This document shows, one piece after another, positions 39,885-54,628 of a stretch of DNA of 64,000 bases. The stretch spans positions 19,422,628 through 19,486,627 of the forward strand of contig OZ037767.1 of the NCBI GenBank assembly GCA_964035545.1, given 5' to 3'. Source of the DNA: Bugula neritina (Eukaryota > Animalia > Bryozoa). The notes beneath the pieces are model-generated. The model was not told where the DNA came from, made no database searches, and saw nothing but the letters and a program-made list of their open reading frames with translations. How positions within the stretch are numbered: position 1 is the stretch's first letter; each line of letters begins with the position of its first letter. A program made the translations under genes and the position numbers.

Positions 39885-42800
39885 TAATTTCTTTATATCA
39901 TGTACACACTAGCTGTTTTGTATTTATAGATACGCACCTTGTATATTTACAGAGAATGAATTGGATGTGAATTCTAATCCAGCATTTATTGCAAGTCTTG
40001 AAGATTTACCTAAAACTGTTTTTCAAAATCCTAAAGTAAATGATACACATGTTCAAGATTGTATAGGTATGACAAATATGCTTATGCTTAGTTACTTTAA
40101 TGTATGCTATTGCAATTATTTTATTTTATACAATGTGTTTTTAATGAAAAAAGTTTGATATAGATTATTGTGTTCCTGCAAACAGAACAGTTATATTACT
40201 GAAATTATGTGATGAAGACAGTGAATGTCAAAAGACGACAAAAAAATTAATTTCAATATCAGTGCAATTATTTTCTATATTTCAACTACAAAAACTATTT
40301 AAAACTTTTAAATAAGAAAAGTTTATATTCAATTTAATTCCATTGAATAGGACTTGGACTGACTGAGACTAGTGGCATAGCTGCTGATGATGACAATGAA
40401 TATGAAACTAGACTGGCAGGTGCTCCAAGGTGCTTGTGTCAGGCAGAGTGTTCAGCCATTCAGCTTTGTATAGACTGCCTGCTCTATGTGTGTCTAAAAT
40501 GTCAGAAAGTGCACCACTCTCTCCATAAAACCGTGTCTCACAACTCTCTGAACGAGCAGAGTTCAGGTAAAATTCAAGTTGTAAGCTACAATTGGAAAAT
40601 TCAAATAAGTTACAACATTGCATTATGTTATTTTTCATATTCTATTACTCTGCAATGTTCTGCATTAAATTATATTATAATTTATTACTACAGTTTTATA
40701 TTATAGTTGTCTTTATTTATTTTATCTGTAGCAGCTATATATATTGCTATATATTGTATTGCAATACAAATTGCACATTATTATACCAAGTAATTCAAAC
40801 TGATCTTGGCTTTGCCTTATTGTGGTAATCAATGACTGTATTATTAGATTATTTTATATTGCTTGGTTTTTGGTCACAAAGATAATTCTTTTAATATATT
40901 TTTTTAGAGGACTTTTATTCTCAACAACAAAAACCTACTTCAGACAATACTTATTTAAAAGAAATTAACTAAAAACTTTAGGCGTAGCAAAAATAAAATT
41001 TTGAACATTGTGACTAGCTCAAGTATTGCTCTTTTTTTATGCAGTTTTGTAGGAATCATTTTACAACAGCAGTAGTAGCAGCAGTAGCATCGTTTAATTT
41101 GTGCATTTCAAACTTTAAGAAATTAGAAATACAAAAAGTTAAATTAATACAACTGGTATTGCACTAAAGCTTAAGTATTGCAGAGGCATTATAATATTGC
41201 ACCAAATTTTGTATTGAAGCTGTTGTGCTAAAAGGTGCACTGCAGAAACATTGCACCAACTGGTGTGTTGAAAAAACATTATTGCACTACCTGATGTATT
41301 GAATAAGCAGTATAGCACTAACTAGTGTATTGTAAAGCACTAAATGGTGTATTGCAATACACTAACTGGTGTATTGTAAAGCATTAATGCACTAACTGGT
41401 GTATTGTAATACACTTAATGGTGTATTGTAGAAGCAGTAGAGATACTTGATCAGTATGCCCAGCTGGCAAAGCAGTATCAAGTGTGTTTACAGAATGAGT
41501 TGGGATCCCTGCATCAGAGGGAGCTTCTTGCACTTGATGACATCAACAGTCTAGTTGAAGAAATGCATGCCAAGTAAGTTCTCAATGAACGAGACCACAA
41601 ACAGTTGCTTTGTAGCATGGCGCTGCCTGATGGTGTGGTATATAACATTGTTTCTCATTTTGCTACTAAACTTTTGTTGAAGCAAATGTTGAATATATTA
41701 TATATTATAGTGCATTATATTATAGTATTATTATATACCACACTACAATATAGTGCAATATAACAAAGTATGATACATTGTGCTACAATATAGCTTTATA
41801 CTTCATAGCATAACAAATAGTGCAATATAATACAATATAATGTTATATAGCATTTTAAAATAATTATATAATATATAGAACCATGCAAGCAAAATGCAAT
41901 ATATACCACAATGCAATAAAGTGTAATATAAAGTATTTTTACCAACCATGCTAAGTGCATTAGAATGTTTTGAACATTGAAGGCAATTGGCACTAAATGT
42001 ATCTTATAAATAGTGCATAAGTGATGTATGGTTACACCAATGTAGATTAGATGATAAAAAGCAGAAAGCTGTGGTGCAGGTCAAGAAAATAATTTTTGCT
42101 CAACGACAACATATTGGAGACAGGCTGGAGATCATGAGGAATGGTACCACTTTTTCTATATTTACAGGAGAGAAAGGTGTGCTATTATAACAAGTTCTCA
42201 ATGAAAACAAGTATATTTTTTGGTATCAAATCTATTTTATGCTCCTGTTTAAATATTTAAATCAAAAGAATTAAGCATTGATTTATTAGGAAATGATTCA
42301 AAAATGGAATTATTTATTTATATAATACGATATTATTATTATATTATGTTGATTTATTATAGTATTCTGATAACATATGCTGCTCTTTTAAGCTTGTGTT
42401 TAACACTTTAAAAAATAATCAGACTATGTTATTTATTGTTGTAACTATTAATCTTTAAACAATATTATATACACTTTATGCAAAACATAAGATACGTTTT
42501 GTAATTGATCAGACACTTGGCTCTCCAAATTGTCAAAAGGGGAGAACATTTGTTTGCCAAAGAAATCATACGTTGTTCCAACCACTATGGTGACCATCAC
42601 ATCGGGAGCCGGTGATGTCACTCTACCTAATATAGACGTGGAGACCAGCATTACAGCTTTCCCAGTGCACTTGCAAGAACCTGTTCAACTTGAATCAGTT
42701 TCAATGACATGCATAAAGACTTTAGGCACCAAAGGTACAGATGTACAGTTATTCTTACTAAAAGCATTATGTAGGAATTTACACACACACACACGCACAC

Positions 42801-44792
42801 GCACACGCACACGCACACGCACACGCACAAACACAAACACACACGACATTTCCTAACATTATTATCCTTTTGCAGGTAGCAAAGAGCTGCAGTTCAAGCT
42901 GCCAGGAGGTGCGTGTGTAGACAGCGACAGCAACCTGTATGTGGCAGATGAAGGTAACAACAGGATACAGTGGATTAGTAAGGATGGTGTCTCCCTTGGC
43001 AGCTTCACCTGGGTACATGATAATCACTTGATATCCGATGTGACCTTTGACCCTTCCACTGATAAGCTAATTGTCCCAAGAGCTTACAGCAAACACGGTA
43101 AAGATTTACAAGTATGTTTACTTACTTTAAAAGGTGGTTTATTGGTTAGCTTTGCTGAATGTATTATAACTTTCTAAAGTGTGTAGCCTAATTTCTATTG
43201 GTTAAGCACTTTAGTTAGAATATCTTAAGTTTTACATCTTTATCAATTATATATTTAAAACATCAAAAACTAATATCTTTGCTAAACATTCTAGGACTGT
43301 TGAAGTGCTCGGAATTTTCCTATGTGTCACTACACGGTAAAGAAGAAAGTCGGTTCCGGGTGCCCGGGATGAAAGGGGGACTTCTCGTACACTGTGGGGA
43401 TCAAGGTCACATCCTCATCTCTGATTTGATAGACAAGTCGGTGTGTGTCATTCAACATGGACATATCAGACTAAAAATTCAGAGCAAAGAATATCTAAAG
43501 GTACTTTACACAGAATAATTTAACCACAGTTCTTATTGCTCGCTGTCTAAGGGCTATAGAGTGTTGGCTTAGTAAACGCAAAGTCATAGAAGTTAGGGAA
43601 AGCTTCTAGTCATAATTTCTCCTGTGTCATATATAAATAAATCCTTAGCCTGCTTTAAAAAATTCTTTCCATCAGAGGTTCTCACAGGGAAGGTGACTAT
43701 AGATTTGCGTGAGGGAGTGAGGTTTTACCAATCAGTTATACCGCCATTGTGTAATGCTATATATTACTATAAATTAATATATATGCTAACATATACGAGT
43801 ACTTATAATGCTTGCAATACTATTTTTTATATATTATTTACTGTATACTGCATGTGTTTGTGTGGTGATTGTATATATGATAGTTGCCTGTAAAGTATTA
43901 GATATTTACTCAGTGTGAAACTGTCTTTATTATGATTCTTTCCGTTAGCAACCAGCTCGCAGTGTGTTCGGTAAAGATGAAGATATCCTGGTGGTAGACA
44001 GTGAGAGAAAAGTTGTGGCTATATTTGACATGCAGGGTTTACACATCAGAGATGTTGGGGCCTCACACAGTATGTTATTTCCTTAATTACATGTCAGATT
44101 ATTTTTGTCTATCAGGAATCATTGTGTTGCAAAAGCTATAAAACTGTAAAATTTTAGTAGAAAGTCAGTAAAAACATTGTCCGCATAGAGTATTGTGTTT
44201 TGAGGTTAGAAGACTTTCAATGGGATGCAAATAATTATTGTTGATGCCAAAACACGCAAATATAAAGTGTGCTAAATATTCAACCATACGCATATTTACA
44301 CCTATACACGGGTGACCATACACATATATATAAGATAAATAAACTAAACTATAATAAGTTATTTTGCAGAGATAATATTTTGTTTTGTTATCTTCAATAA
44401 TTCAGTAAATTTTTTTAATAACTAAATATTTTAAAACAAAATTAACAATAAAATATAATGACAAGTATGTTATTAATATGCTAGAATCACTATAACATTT
44501 AGCAGTATATTTTTCTATGATTCAACTTGTAGAAGAGGAGCAGAGCTTGCATAGACCTAGTGGGGTGGCGGTAGATAAAACATGTGGCATCATTGCTGTG
44601 GCTGATTGGTGTGCGGATAAAGTGTTCTTGTTCTCATATGAAGGAGCTTTTCTAGCGTCAGCAGACGGCTTCAGGTGTCCACACAGCATACTGATGAATG
44701 ACAGTCACAGGATGCTGGTCACAGACTGCTGGAATAACCAACTCAAAGTATTCAGCTATTCTCATTCAACACAGTCTCTACTCAATGCCTGA
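38906..44792 (+). CDS. B-box / coiled-coil / NHL-repeat protein (TRIM-NHL-like, no RING seen), ~551 aa
   Basis: Exons 38906-38960, 39953-40066, 40351-40566 (B-box [37 protein letters not shown]), 41432-41573, 42046-42143 (donor uncertain), 42513-42734, 42876-43097 ([26 protein letters not shown]), 43295-43500, 43949-44069, 44533-44792; all phases compatible. Confidence 0.82.
39250..39292. repeat. (ACT)n microsatellite
   Basis: Direct observation. Confidence 0.95.
39371..39850. repeat. Long (TA)n tract bracketed by two oppositely oriented hammerhead-repeat fragments
   Basis: 39371-39398 AGCTGTTTCGGGATTTGTCCCCTCATCA (minus) and 39813-39850 GGACAAATCCCGAAACAGCTGCTGTCCACAGATTGAGA (plus). Confidence 0.8.
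41250..41431. repeat. Intronic ~20-28-bp tandem repeat (GCACTAACTGGTGTATTGTAA)
   Basis: Visible units; the last unit supplies the splice acceptor at 41431. Confidence 0.75.
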
Positions 44793-46059
44793 TGACCTCT
44801 TAACCTACGACTACCTTCATCAGTGTTCCATATTTGTAAGAATACAGAAACTGAAACAATGCACTTTTAGAGAGATAGCTGTGAGATATCAGGACAGCTT
44901 GCTGATACATCTGCTAGCATACGACATAATGATGAATTTCTTATATACTAAGGATTTGACTTCTACAGGCTGTTGAATGTTTTCATTTTGCTACCATGTT
45001 TACACGTATATAGAGCGCAATTAACATCTAGGCAGTTGAAACAATTATTTTTTCTAAATATTTATAAGATAAACTATTCAGGCAATTATTATATCTTTCA
45101 AGTTTTATAGTGAAATAAGTTATCAATAATACTTATATATAGTTTTGATATATTATAATATACTCAATGATTATGCAGATTGAAAAGTAAAACTTGAATA
45201 AACTTTGTTCTATTATTCATGTAGCCCACGTAACAATATATGAGTGGCACCCCTATATGTCAATTGATAACTTAAACTTATCAAATTGCAAGAGAGAAAT
45301 TGAATTATTGGTCCAGCTCTGATATGCTTTATAAGAAAATACTCAACTTGGCTACATTTCGTATTTGTGTAAGTCATAATTTAAATATGACACACTGACG
45401 CGAAATTAAATCAGTAACTAGTTTAACACACTTGATATAATTGTTTAGTTGCTTTTTATGCATTTTATTTGCTCATATGTGAGATTAAAGCCACTGGTTA
45501 AACTAAAACCTAATTCGAATAATCAATTCAAACAAAATCTTAATCAAACCTCATTATCTAACCAAACCATAAAGGCTACTTGGTCAAGAAAATTTCTGTG
45601 TGAGCTTAATTGGCATCAAGATCTAAATAATTACAATATGCGTCTAACAAAAATATCAGTCAAGTAGGCCTATTACATTTGTAATATCCCACAGCATTTC
45701 TCAAGTTTTGCAATTTCCTCGTGTTGTAAAAGCACATACTATGTATGCATAGCGATTCATAGGTCAACTTATATAATATCGCTTATTGCTTTGCTATTTT
45801 GTGTCAAACTTCTTAATTAATTAACTCAATCACCAAAAATAGATTATTTATGCTCGAGCATGTAAAGCTTTTTATGCATTAGAAAAGACATTATTTGTTT
45901 ATTTGTTGATAGATAATGTTTTCAATTGGATGTTTATATGTGTTTGTTCTTACTCGTGTATCATTTTACCAATCTAAAGTATTTTCCTGCCTTTGTCTGT
46001 TGTTGTCTGCTCTTGTTTGTTATTGTTTGCCCTTGTCTGTTCATGGTTGTGACCGTCTG

Positions 46060-49000
46060 TTATTGTTTGTTCGTGACTGAGGAGGCGGAGATTTTACCAG
46101 CCACCCACTTTGTTGCACTGTTGATAGAGTCTACTACGGCATCTGCAACCGGAAGGCTCGGTACTGTTGGCATACACGACATTTTCCGTTGGTTTTCTGC
46201 AATCATTTCAAGCAATGCATTATTTTAAAAACAATTTTTTTCCATTTATGTTAACACGTATTTTAAAAACTTTACAAAAACTGTAAAAAAAATTTTACAA
46301 ATTAGTTTTTTAGACATACAAACTTTATGGAATTTATTCTGCTGGTGACGTGAATCAAGCTAGTTAGTAATTAGTAAAGAAGAAAATTAAAGTTTAATTT
46401 ACAATAGCAATGCCAATTATGGTATATATCAGAACATTAGTAGCCTATCAATTTACCTCTGAACTTTTGAACCAGGAACCAAGACATCGTAGTAATTCCA
46501 AGAAAGACTGGTACAGCTGCTATAACTGAAATCGTAAAAGCTATGAAAAACGAACTGACAAATGAAGGTTCTCTTGTGTTGGTAGGATCTGGTCTTGGGG
46601 TTGGTCTCCTACTATTAACATCTGATCCATCTACTACAAAAACAGATCTCTAATATACCTATTTGACTTGCTGATTCAATATACTTTTTAGCTTTTTATA
46701 ACAACTTTAAATGAGGTAACCTTAGTAACTTTCAACATGACAAGACCCATACATTACTATCATAATTTTCCTATCCTTTCTATTGGTATGCATACATTAT
46801 ACTGACTTTGTATACAGTGTACTATGCACCCATGCAAGTAATAGTACTCAAACTGTATGTATACAGTCTACTTAAAATATTTTGCTTCAACTTCAAAAAT
46901 GCATTCATTATTTTTTTTGTAAAGTATTTGAGCACAATAAGCTCTTCTACTCAATCTCCAATGACCACACTTAAATTTGTCAGCCAGGTTGCAGTTTAAA
47001 ATGGCTATCTCCAAAATTTGCAATATCCTAAATATTTTGCCTATTGAACATTTCTTTACCACAGAGCACCATATTGTTTGAAAGTTTTTGATAATTGTCC
47101 GCTAATACAAATAATTAGTAATCAGTAAACTTACATTCAAACAAAAAGATTCTGGTTGACATGGCCACATAAGTTACGCTACCGAGTCTAAGGGCGCTCC
47201 AAACATTGCCTGGCAGCGAGGTGCTGACTGTGCACATCTCACTCTGATCAAAGCAGACGGGCTTCACTATGTGATTCTTAAGATCAATCAAAGCCAGTCC
47301 TTGACGTGCCCAATCAGACATCAGATACAAGTAGCAGCTTAACTTCGTCAGCGAGTACGGAACAACAGATCCGACGTCTTGGAAATATCCGATAGGTTCA
47401 CCAACTTTGTAAGGCGAACCAATGATTTGGATGTCAAAAACTTCATTATCTTTAGACCAGCTGACTTGTGTCACATGATTATTATTTGTTATTAGCAAGT
47501 TATTTCCAGACCACGCCATTTGACGAGGAAATTTCAAACTAGATCCGCTAATAACTGTAGTTATTTCACCAGTTATTAAGTCAACAGATCTCAATGCATT
47601 ATTCTTAAAGTCTGTAACAAGTAGTTTGCCTCGGTCTCTGGAATCGAGTTCTACTCCCCAGGGTGAATGAAATCTTCCATGACCTAACCTACCATTTGAA
47701 TTACCCGATTGTTTGTAGGTTCCGGCAAATATATTTGTGCTTAAATCTTGCCTGTTGAGGATATACAGGCAGTGATTGTTGAAGGAGGCCATGACGATAT
47801 GGGTTGAATTCACTTGTTTAAATCCTGTTATTTTTGCTTCTGGACTTGTAGCCAGAGTTAGTATTTTGTAACCATCTGTGTTGCGGAGATGGTTTAAGGT
47901 ACTAAACAGTATGCTTCCGTCATCTAAATAATTATCTCGCTCCATATAGTTTACCTCTTCGGAAGGGTCAAAGAAAGGTATTAGACTACCAAATGAGCTG
48001 CTATAAAATTTGAAAGATATACTCAACAAGTGAAACTAGTTAAAGTCCTATCAGATATATAAAAAACTAAAAAAGAGCAAATTAAGAAGTCTTGAACTCA
48101 ATAGTTGAATAATAATAATTGTATAATATAATACAATTGTTTGTAAAAATCACTGCAGATATGTTGATGTTAATTTATTCCTAAATAATGACTTTATATA
48201 CCAGCTATAATGCATAGAGCTTTGCCAGTTAGCAAAGTAACATTATATAGTGCACTTTTTAGATTGCTCAGTATATGTATAGGTGATAATTTATAGCATA
48301 GGTATATAAGCTGCTAACCAGCCGTTTCATTGATGTGGTATTAGAATATATTGTTTGTAATTGTTTAGTTAGATTCTCTTACCCTAAATATGAATCCTGA
48401 CTGCATTTGGTTCGAATAACGATAGAAGACGACCACTAAAACAAAATCATCCACTTGTACTGCTTATAATTCACACATGAGATATACAGTATTTGTACAA
48501 GTACATGACCCTACTCTATAATCTCCTGTGTGACCACCTAATTTAATATTTTGTTTTCAATAAACTTTATAACTAAACTATAGGAAAATATTGAGAATAT
48601 GTCAAACCTTGTACTTTATACACAGTTATTTCTTTACAAACTATATATGATCAATTATAATTCATAGCTTAACCACTCAACTTTAATAGTTTATATTCCA
48701 ACTTTTTTATAAGTTATAAATTTTTTCCTTAGCCAATGTTCTTTCGAAAATAAATATCCTACTCTAGCTGCTACATTTTCTTTTTTATAGAACAAAGGCT
48801 ATTCTCCATTACTGCACCTGACTCAACTTGGCGCAAAAATATATAACTCACTAAATCTTATTAAATGTAAAATTAGAGTAACTCTTTTAGTTTGCTTGGT
48901 GTATAAGACAATGCCTAAATTTATTCTATTGAAAAATCGCTTTAGTTTTTTAAAATAATTGTTGAATTTATAAACTATCGGCTATAAAAGAAGCATAGCT

Positions 49001-49292
49001 CCATTAAAGGCCAAAAACAAATATCTAGGGAAAAAGAAATTTTTTTCCTTTGTTGGCTAGTTTATCTGACATTCCGTAGTTTTATTTAGTTATAGGCTAC
49101 TTTTTATCAATAATAATATTTTTTTTGCATATTTAGTCCAACTATAATAATTAATACTTTAGTGCTCAGATAAATAATTTTACTTAACAATTATTGGTAA
49201 TATAATATCATAAAAGGTTGATATATTTAATATTTCAGCGTTATACTTACATAAATGACTGAAAATAACAATTTTCTGTTTAAGCCGGACAT
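46060..49292 (-). CDS. Type I single-pass membrane protein with NHL-like beta-propeller ectodomain, ~417 aa
   Basis: Exons 49292-49251 (MSGLNRKLLFSVIY, tentative), 48035-47135 (GRFHSPWGVELD...LLVTDFKNNALRSVDL, LKFPRQMAW), 46630-46457 (RPTPRPDP stalk + TM FFIAFTISVIAAVPVFLGITTMSWFLV), 46196-46060 (short cytoplasmic tail); total 1254 nt in frame. Confidence 0.78.
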
Positions 49293-50954
49293 TTGTCTTT
49301 CAGTAACCGTATTATTCAGTAGATCGATGTACACTGATGCACACAAAGGGCTACTACAGCTACTTAAATTTAACAAAGTGTGGAAATTTATTTAAATGCA
49401 TTGTTACATTCTTAAATTTAAATAAACAATTTTGTTACTATATAATAATATTAATATGGTTACATATGTCACTTTGAGTTACTTCAATTTGACTGTTGCA
49501 TTTAGTTGCAGCTACAATAGATTGTGTAAAGTTATCACATAGCATAACTATTTCAAGTTATAAAATCAGCATAACGTAATGAATATCCGACAGTTTATTA
49601 AGCATTCAGCGTTGCGTTTAGCATAACGTACGTTCCACTCAAATAGGTTATCGCATCGCTTGATTTCTGCCCACGCAACGACTGCTAGTTGTCAATTCAT
49701 TAATTAAATAGCAGCACGCCCTCGCCCATTGACTGTGGCTTTATGATTTGGCAGCCGGATGTTCAGTGCAGACGTTTGACCTACAGCTAGTAGAATAGTA
49801 GTGCGCTAGCAATGCAAGTTCCATCGCATCAATAGCAATCAATTTTAATGATATAATTAACAAAATATAAATGAATTTGAATTGAAATCAACTTAAAGAG
49901 GCACAGGTTAATTTTGTTGTTCAGTATTCGTATAATAGTTTGAAGCTTTCCTTAAGTATTTTTATCTATTTTAACATAATAATAAATATTTGGTTTATTT
50001 AACATGTTAAGGAGTTTAACAAGTTTGGAATGCAAGTGTGGTCGGTGCATGACTTTATAACAGATTTCTCATAAAATTACGAATTTCTAAGGCAGGTTTT
50101 CCAGTTATAGATCGTTTTGTCACAAGATAAAACCCTAATTTGTAGCTTAAAGTTTTACTTTTACTCAGAACAGTATTTTACTGCAACTATTAATTCAAGT
50201 CAACTTTGAATACAAGTTCAATCTTTGTTTATGCGATGCATGCACTATTACTTGTCTTAACTGGTATAATTACTTAACTTTGTACATGGCAGTTATCATT
50301 TAATGGCATTTTTATTATAAACTTTGATATTTTCAGTAAATCTACAACGTCGTTTCCTAGAGTCAAACTCACCCTAGCTAGCCATTAAAAGAAGGCAAGA
50401 AGTGACTAATCCAAAACATGTACATGTGTTTGAATACTTTCCGTCATAAATAGTTTTTTGTTGGTTATATTTTAAAAACCTATTATAATTGCATATATTA
50501 ACCTACTATTACAGTTTCTTACGGCAGTTGGAATAAGTATAAATAAAGTTACTAACATCAACACCAGTACAACTCATCTATAGTTAGTATTGTATTTTTA
50601 CAACTTCACACTTTAGAACACACACAGAAGAAGGCTGCGAGCTAATTTATATTATTTAACACTATCTCTGCTTTAAAAAATATATAGATTCAGTTTCACA
50701 AGTTTAGGAAAGTTTCTGTGGAATTAACGCAGAGTCATTACAGGTGTTGCAATACATCTATTTTTACGATAAAATGCTACAACTTAATTACAATCATATA
50801 CTGTTTTATCTTTAGTTCATTACTTGACACTTTTTATAAACAAGTTGTGCAGTTGTTATCATACCAAATGCTTGTTCTCAAGAAAGTGAAGCTTTAATAC
50901 CATGTTGAGTGCCAACTACCTGGGCACTCTACTCGTGGAAGACAACTGGGCAAC

Positions 50955-53900
50955 ATGAAGTTGGGCATTCTCTTTCTCAGTCTGGTCATTGCTGAATGCA
51001 ATGGATTCATTTTTGGCTCAGGCGAGTATTTCTAAACATACCTGTTACCTTAGCTTAAGCAGCTTTTAAAGTTTACAGCTATCATGCTAAGTTATGTATC
51101 ATTTGAAGTACAATAAAATAATATTTACTTGGTAATGATTATATTATTTGAGTAGTTAAAATGTAATATGTTTATTTTTGTATACTTTTTTTATTTTAGG
51201 TGGCAAGTGGGATGGCTTGAAATGTAAGTATACAAGAATAAAATACCAGCTATAGATCAATTGTCACACATTTTACCATTTGCATCAAACTTACATATTA
51301 ACTGTCTTAATATTGAACTATAATGGTCGCTTGCTCAGTTGGTAGTAGAAGACCTTTGTTATAATTACAATGGAATTAAAAGAAAATTTTCAAAAAGTAT
51401 ATTATATAAACTTGCTGCATTATAACTTCACCTTCAAATTAGTTAAAAAGTTAAAGGCTAATCTCACTATAAAATTCATGTTTTAAAATATAGTGTGATG
51501 ATTTGCAAAACTTGACTTTGGTGAATGCAAGCTTCCTTCAACTGTAGTTTTTTTGGTTAGAAAATATAAGTTTTGCTGACATTATGTATTTCTATAATAT
51601 TTGTAGTGTTCTTTGATCTAAAGCCATTTATTGGCTTCAAGTCTAAGCCAAGAGTATTAACTAGTGAAACTGATTGGAAACTAGACCTGTCAGCTGGAGG
51701 GTGTAAGTTCTGAGTTTACTATCATGAGCCAGTCAATAAACTGCATAGTACAAAAAGTTTTGTGGGGTTGTTCAATAAGCATCATCAGTTAGAATGATTA
51801 TAGCTTGCCAAGAGGGTATGGGTTTTGCTCTTATTCAGGATTTTAAATTTTACTGATTTGACACTCGGTACAGGAACCCTAATTCAGTCAGTCAGATTTA
51901 TTTATATTGCTTAATTGAATCAAAAATTCTTGTATTCCAATTTCTATCTACTGCCATAATTTTAGCTACAATCATTTTGATTATTGTGGAATGTATAGCC
52001 AGTACCTTACAAGACTAATCTAAATATTTTCTAATATTTCATGCGCAAAGAAACTACATTTGTGAGCAATAATATATAAGGAAGTTTGAGAAATTATAAA
52101 CACAAATTGTTGCTTCTCAGATAAGAATAAACTCAAGCATCAATCTTTCAGCTTATTATAGCTTATAATTATATGCATGGTCATATTGGTTTTAAGGTTA
52201 GAATATAACAATTCTTTATCTTTGGTCACCAATTGTTATTTATAGGATGTTGAAATAATAATATTGTTTTTAATCTTGTATGCAATTTATGCTACCATAA
52301 AACACAGATGATATTGAATTTTTTCCTAAGGATTTCAAACATTGTAGGTGGTGTGCCTGGCACTAAATTTGCTGGAAACAGATACATAAAGGACAATGAC
52401 CCCGCTGTTATGCTGCTCTATGATGTTAACGGCTACATTGCTGGAATACAGGCTGGAGTAAGTTCTAGTGATTTTTATATTCATATAAATACTGGCTTCT
52501 AACATATTTAAAAGCCTCCATAATAGAGTTCAAGTGGGCAGTGGGCAGCTGCAAATAAACTTAAACTGAATCAGCTATAAACCAGCAACTCAATAAATGC
52601 AAAAGGAATATGCATGTGTATTTTTTAAACTACTTAAACTTATATAAGGCTGTTTGTTGATTTTGTTTTCTAACATATATATTATATAGATTCCTGTTCC
52701 CAAAACACCAAACTCCTACCCGGTTCCCCAAAACTCTAAGTATCATGTTTTTCTGGAGGAGAAGAACATGTGGGTGGTGACTGCATACTTTGTTGACCCT
52801 GGTAAGAATCTAACTTGCTGTTTATGTCTTCTGTGAGTATTAGTAAAATATTTCAGTTATATAGTCTATTTATTATAATAGGCTAATAGGTTTTATGTAT
52901 ATAAATGATGCTTATCATCGTGTATTAGAATATTATATTACTATGTGTTCTATTATGTTATTATGTGCTATATAATACTATATCAAATTATGTATTGTAA
53001 TTCGTTATCTTGTATTATAATATTTTATTCAGTTTACTCAATTGCTTTTCAGTCGTTTATTTTTATTTAATAAAATTTTTATGCATTCAAATATGTTATA
53101 ATGCAGGTTCTTTTAAATAAATAAACATATAAATAGAGAATTGTTTTACAAAATTGCTTACGGGAAAAATTATAGCCAAAGAAATTTTGCCATTTTTAAT
53201 TACAAAAAATAATTTCTAGTTTACAAGAATCGGCAAAGTTATATGTGTTCTAAAAATTAATTATTGAAGGTTGATAGTCATTGCACCTCTTTCTTCATGA
53301 TTTTCTTATTTTTATCATGTTTAATATTGATCAATAGTAAAAACGTTTCTTGCTGCTTTATCCTGATATGCTGTGTATCATTTTTTAAAAAAACAGTTTG
53401 TAACTATTCACCTTGACTAGCAATTTCGCATCAAATGAATAAAAGTATAATACTAAAAAAATATTTTTTAAAACAGGTTCTTTGAATGAATTCGTGCAGA
53501 GGCTCATACAGATGGAATTGCTGTTGCAGTCTGCATTAACTTATGGTTATGGTTTCATTCGATGCAACTCATGGTTTCAAAAATTTATTGAAAAATCCAT
53601 TCGAATAATGCAAATCAATGGAAACTGTGTTTTGACTGCTAATTTACTGTACCTTGACTATAATGAACCTGTCACATTAAAGTTAGTTGCGAGAAATAAA
53701 TATTTTTAAATCTTTGTTTATGTCTTTTAATCTAGTTTCCATAGTTTGAAACTGTTGACTGCATTGTTCATAGCTACCATTTGTACGACTGGGAGAACCA
53801 AAGAGGAGTTTGAAAAGCAAGGTACAGGATACAGGCTTTCCATTCAGGTGGGAGATTCCCCTGCCAGTCTACTAGATATACCTTTAAATGAAAAAGAAGT

Positions 53901-54628
53901 AGAGGCCAAAACTAAATTTGTTCAGGGCAAATGCTTCTACACAATGGGTATGCACATTTGTTCTAATCCTCAGGGACTTTTATTGGTATCACTAATGTAC
54001 AAGAAGCAGTAAATAGCCATTTGTATAACAGTACGTTCAATAAATTTATTTTAATTTATTTATAATAATATTGCTGAGAATACTGTATATATTTTGAAGG
54101 AATGCATTACTGGTATGACATCAGCAAGGACATGAGTTGTGACGACACATTCCCGGTGTTCCTCCTGTATAACGGTGGCATATTAAATGGGTTTGGGTGG
54201 GCTTTCAATCCAGACATTAAGGGAACTTCATGGTTTGAGCATCCTACAAAAGAACAATTTGGTGTAAGTAAATATCTATAATTTCAACTACAATTAGATG
54301 TGGCTTAAACTAACACATTATTTAAAATATGTATTAATTCTGCATTTTTTCAAAAGAACTGATAGCCTAGAATAAAATTGCTTATATAGATATTGTTGTC
54401 TTTCTATATAAGAGCTTATTATTATTAAGTGAGAATTATTAGTTGCAAATAATCAGGGCATACAACTTCGAGTTGATCAACTACTCGAGATTTCTCTCAG
54501 CAGCAAATCTTATTTTCTGGTTGTAGATGTTTATGAAGGAACCTCCCACCTGCCTTGGACAAGATGCACCAGTCAGCACTTTGCACATATATCTCACCAA
54601 CAACCCAGTAACTGGCAATTTCTGCTAA
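50955..54628 (+). CDS. Uncharacterised secreted protein A, ~282 aa, 8 coding exons
   Basis: Exons 50955-51021 (signal peptide, GC donor), 51200-51223, 51607-51702, 52348-52457, 52690-52801, 53774-53947, 54100-54263, 54527-54628; motifs LLYDVNGYIAGIQAG, TAYFVDP.TICT.GRT, KCFYTMGMHYWY, FPVFLLYN, WFEHP, STLHIY. Confidence 0.88.

Noticed and set aside
41250-41431. Spaced short repeats superficially like a CRISPR array
   Set aside because: Eukaryotic intron, degenerate contiguous units, no unique spacers or cas genes.
42144-42167. Possible 24-nt GT-AG mini-intron in the B-box/NHL gene
   Set aside because: Too short for typical splicing, and the frame hits a stop soon after; more likely one of two alternative donors (after 42143 or 42176).
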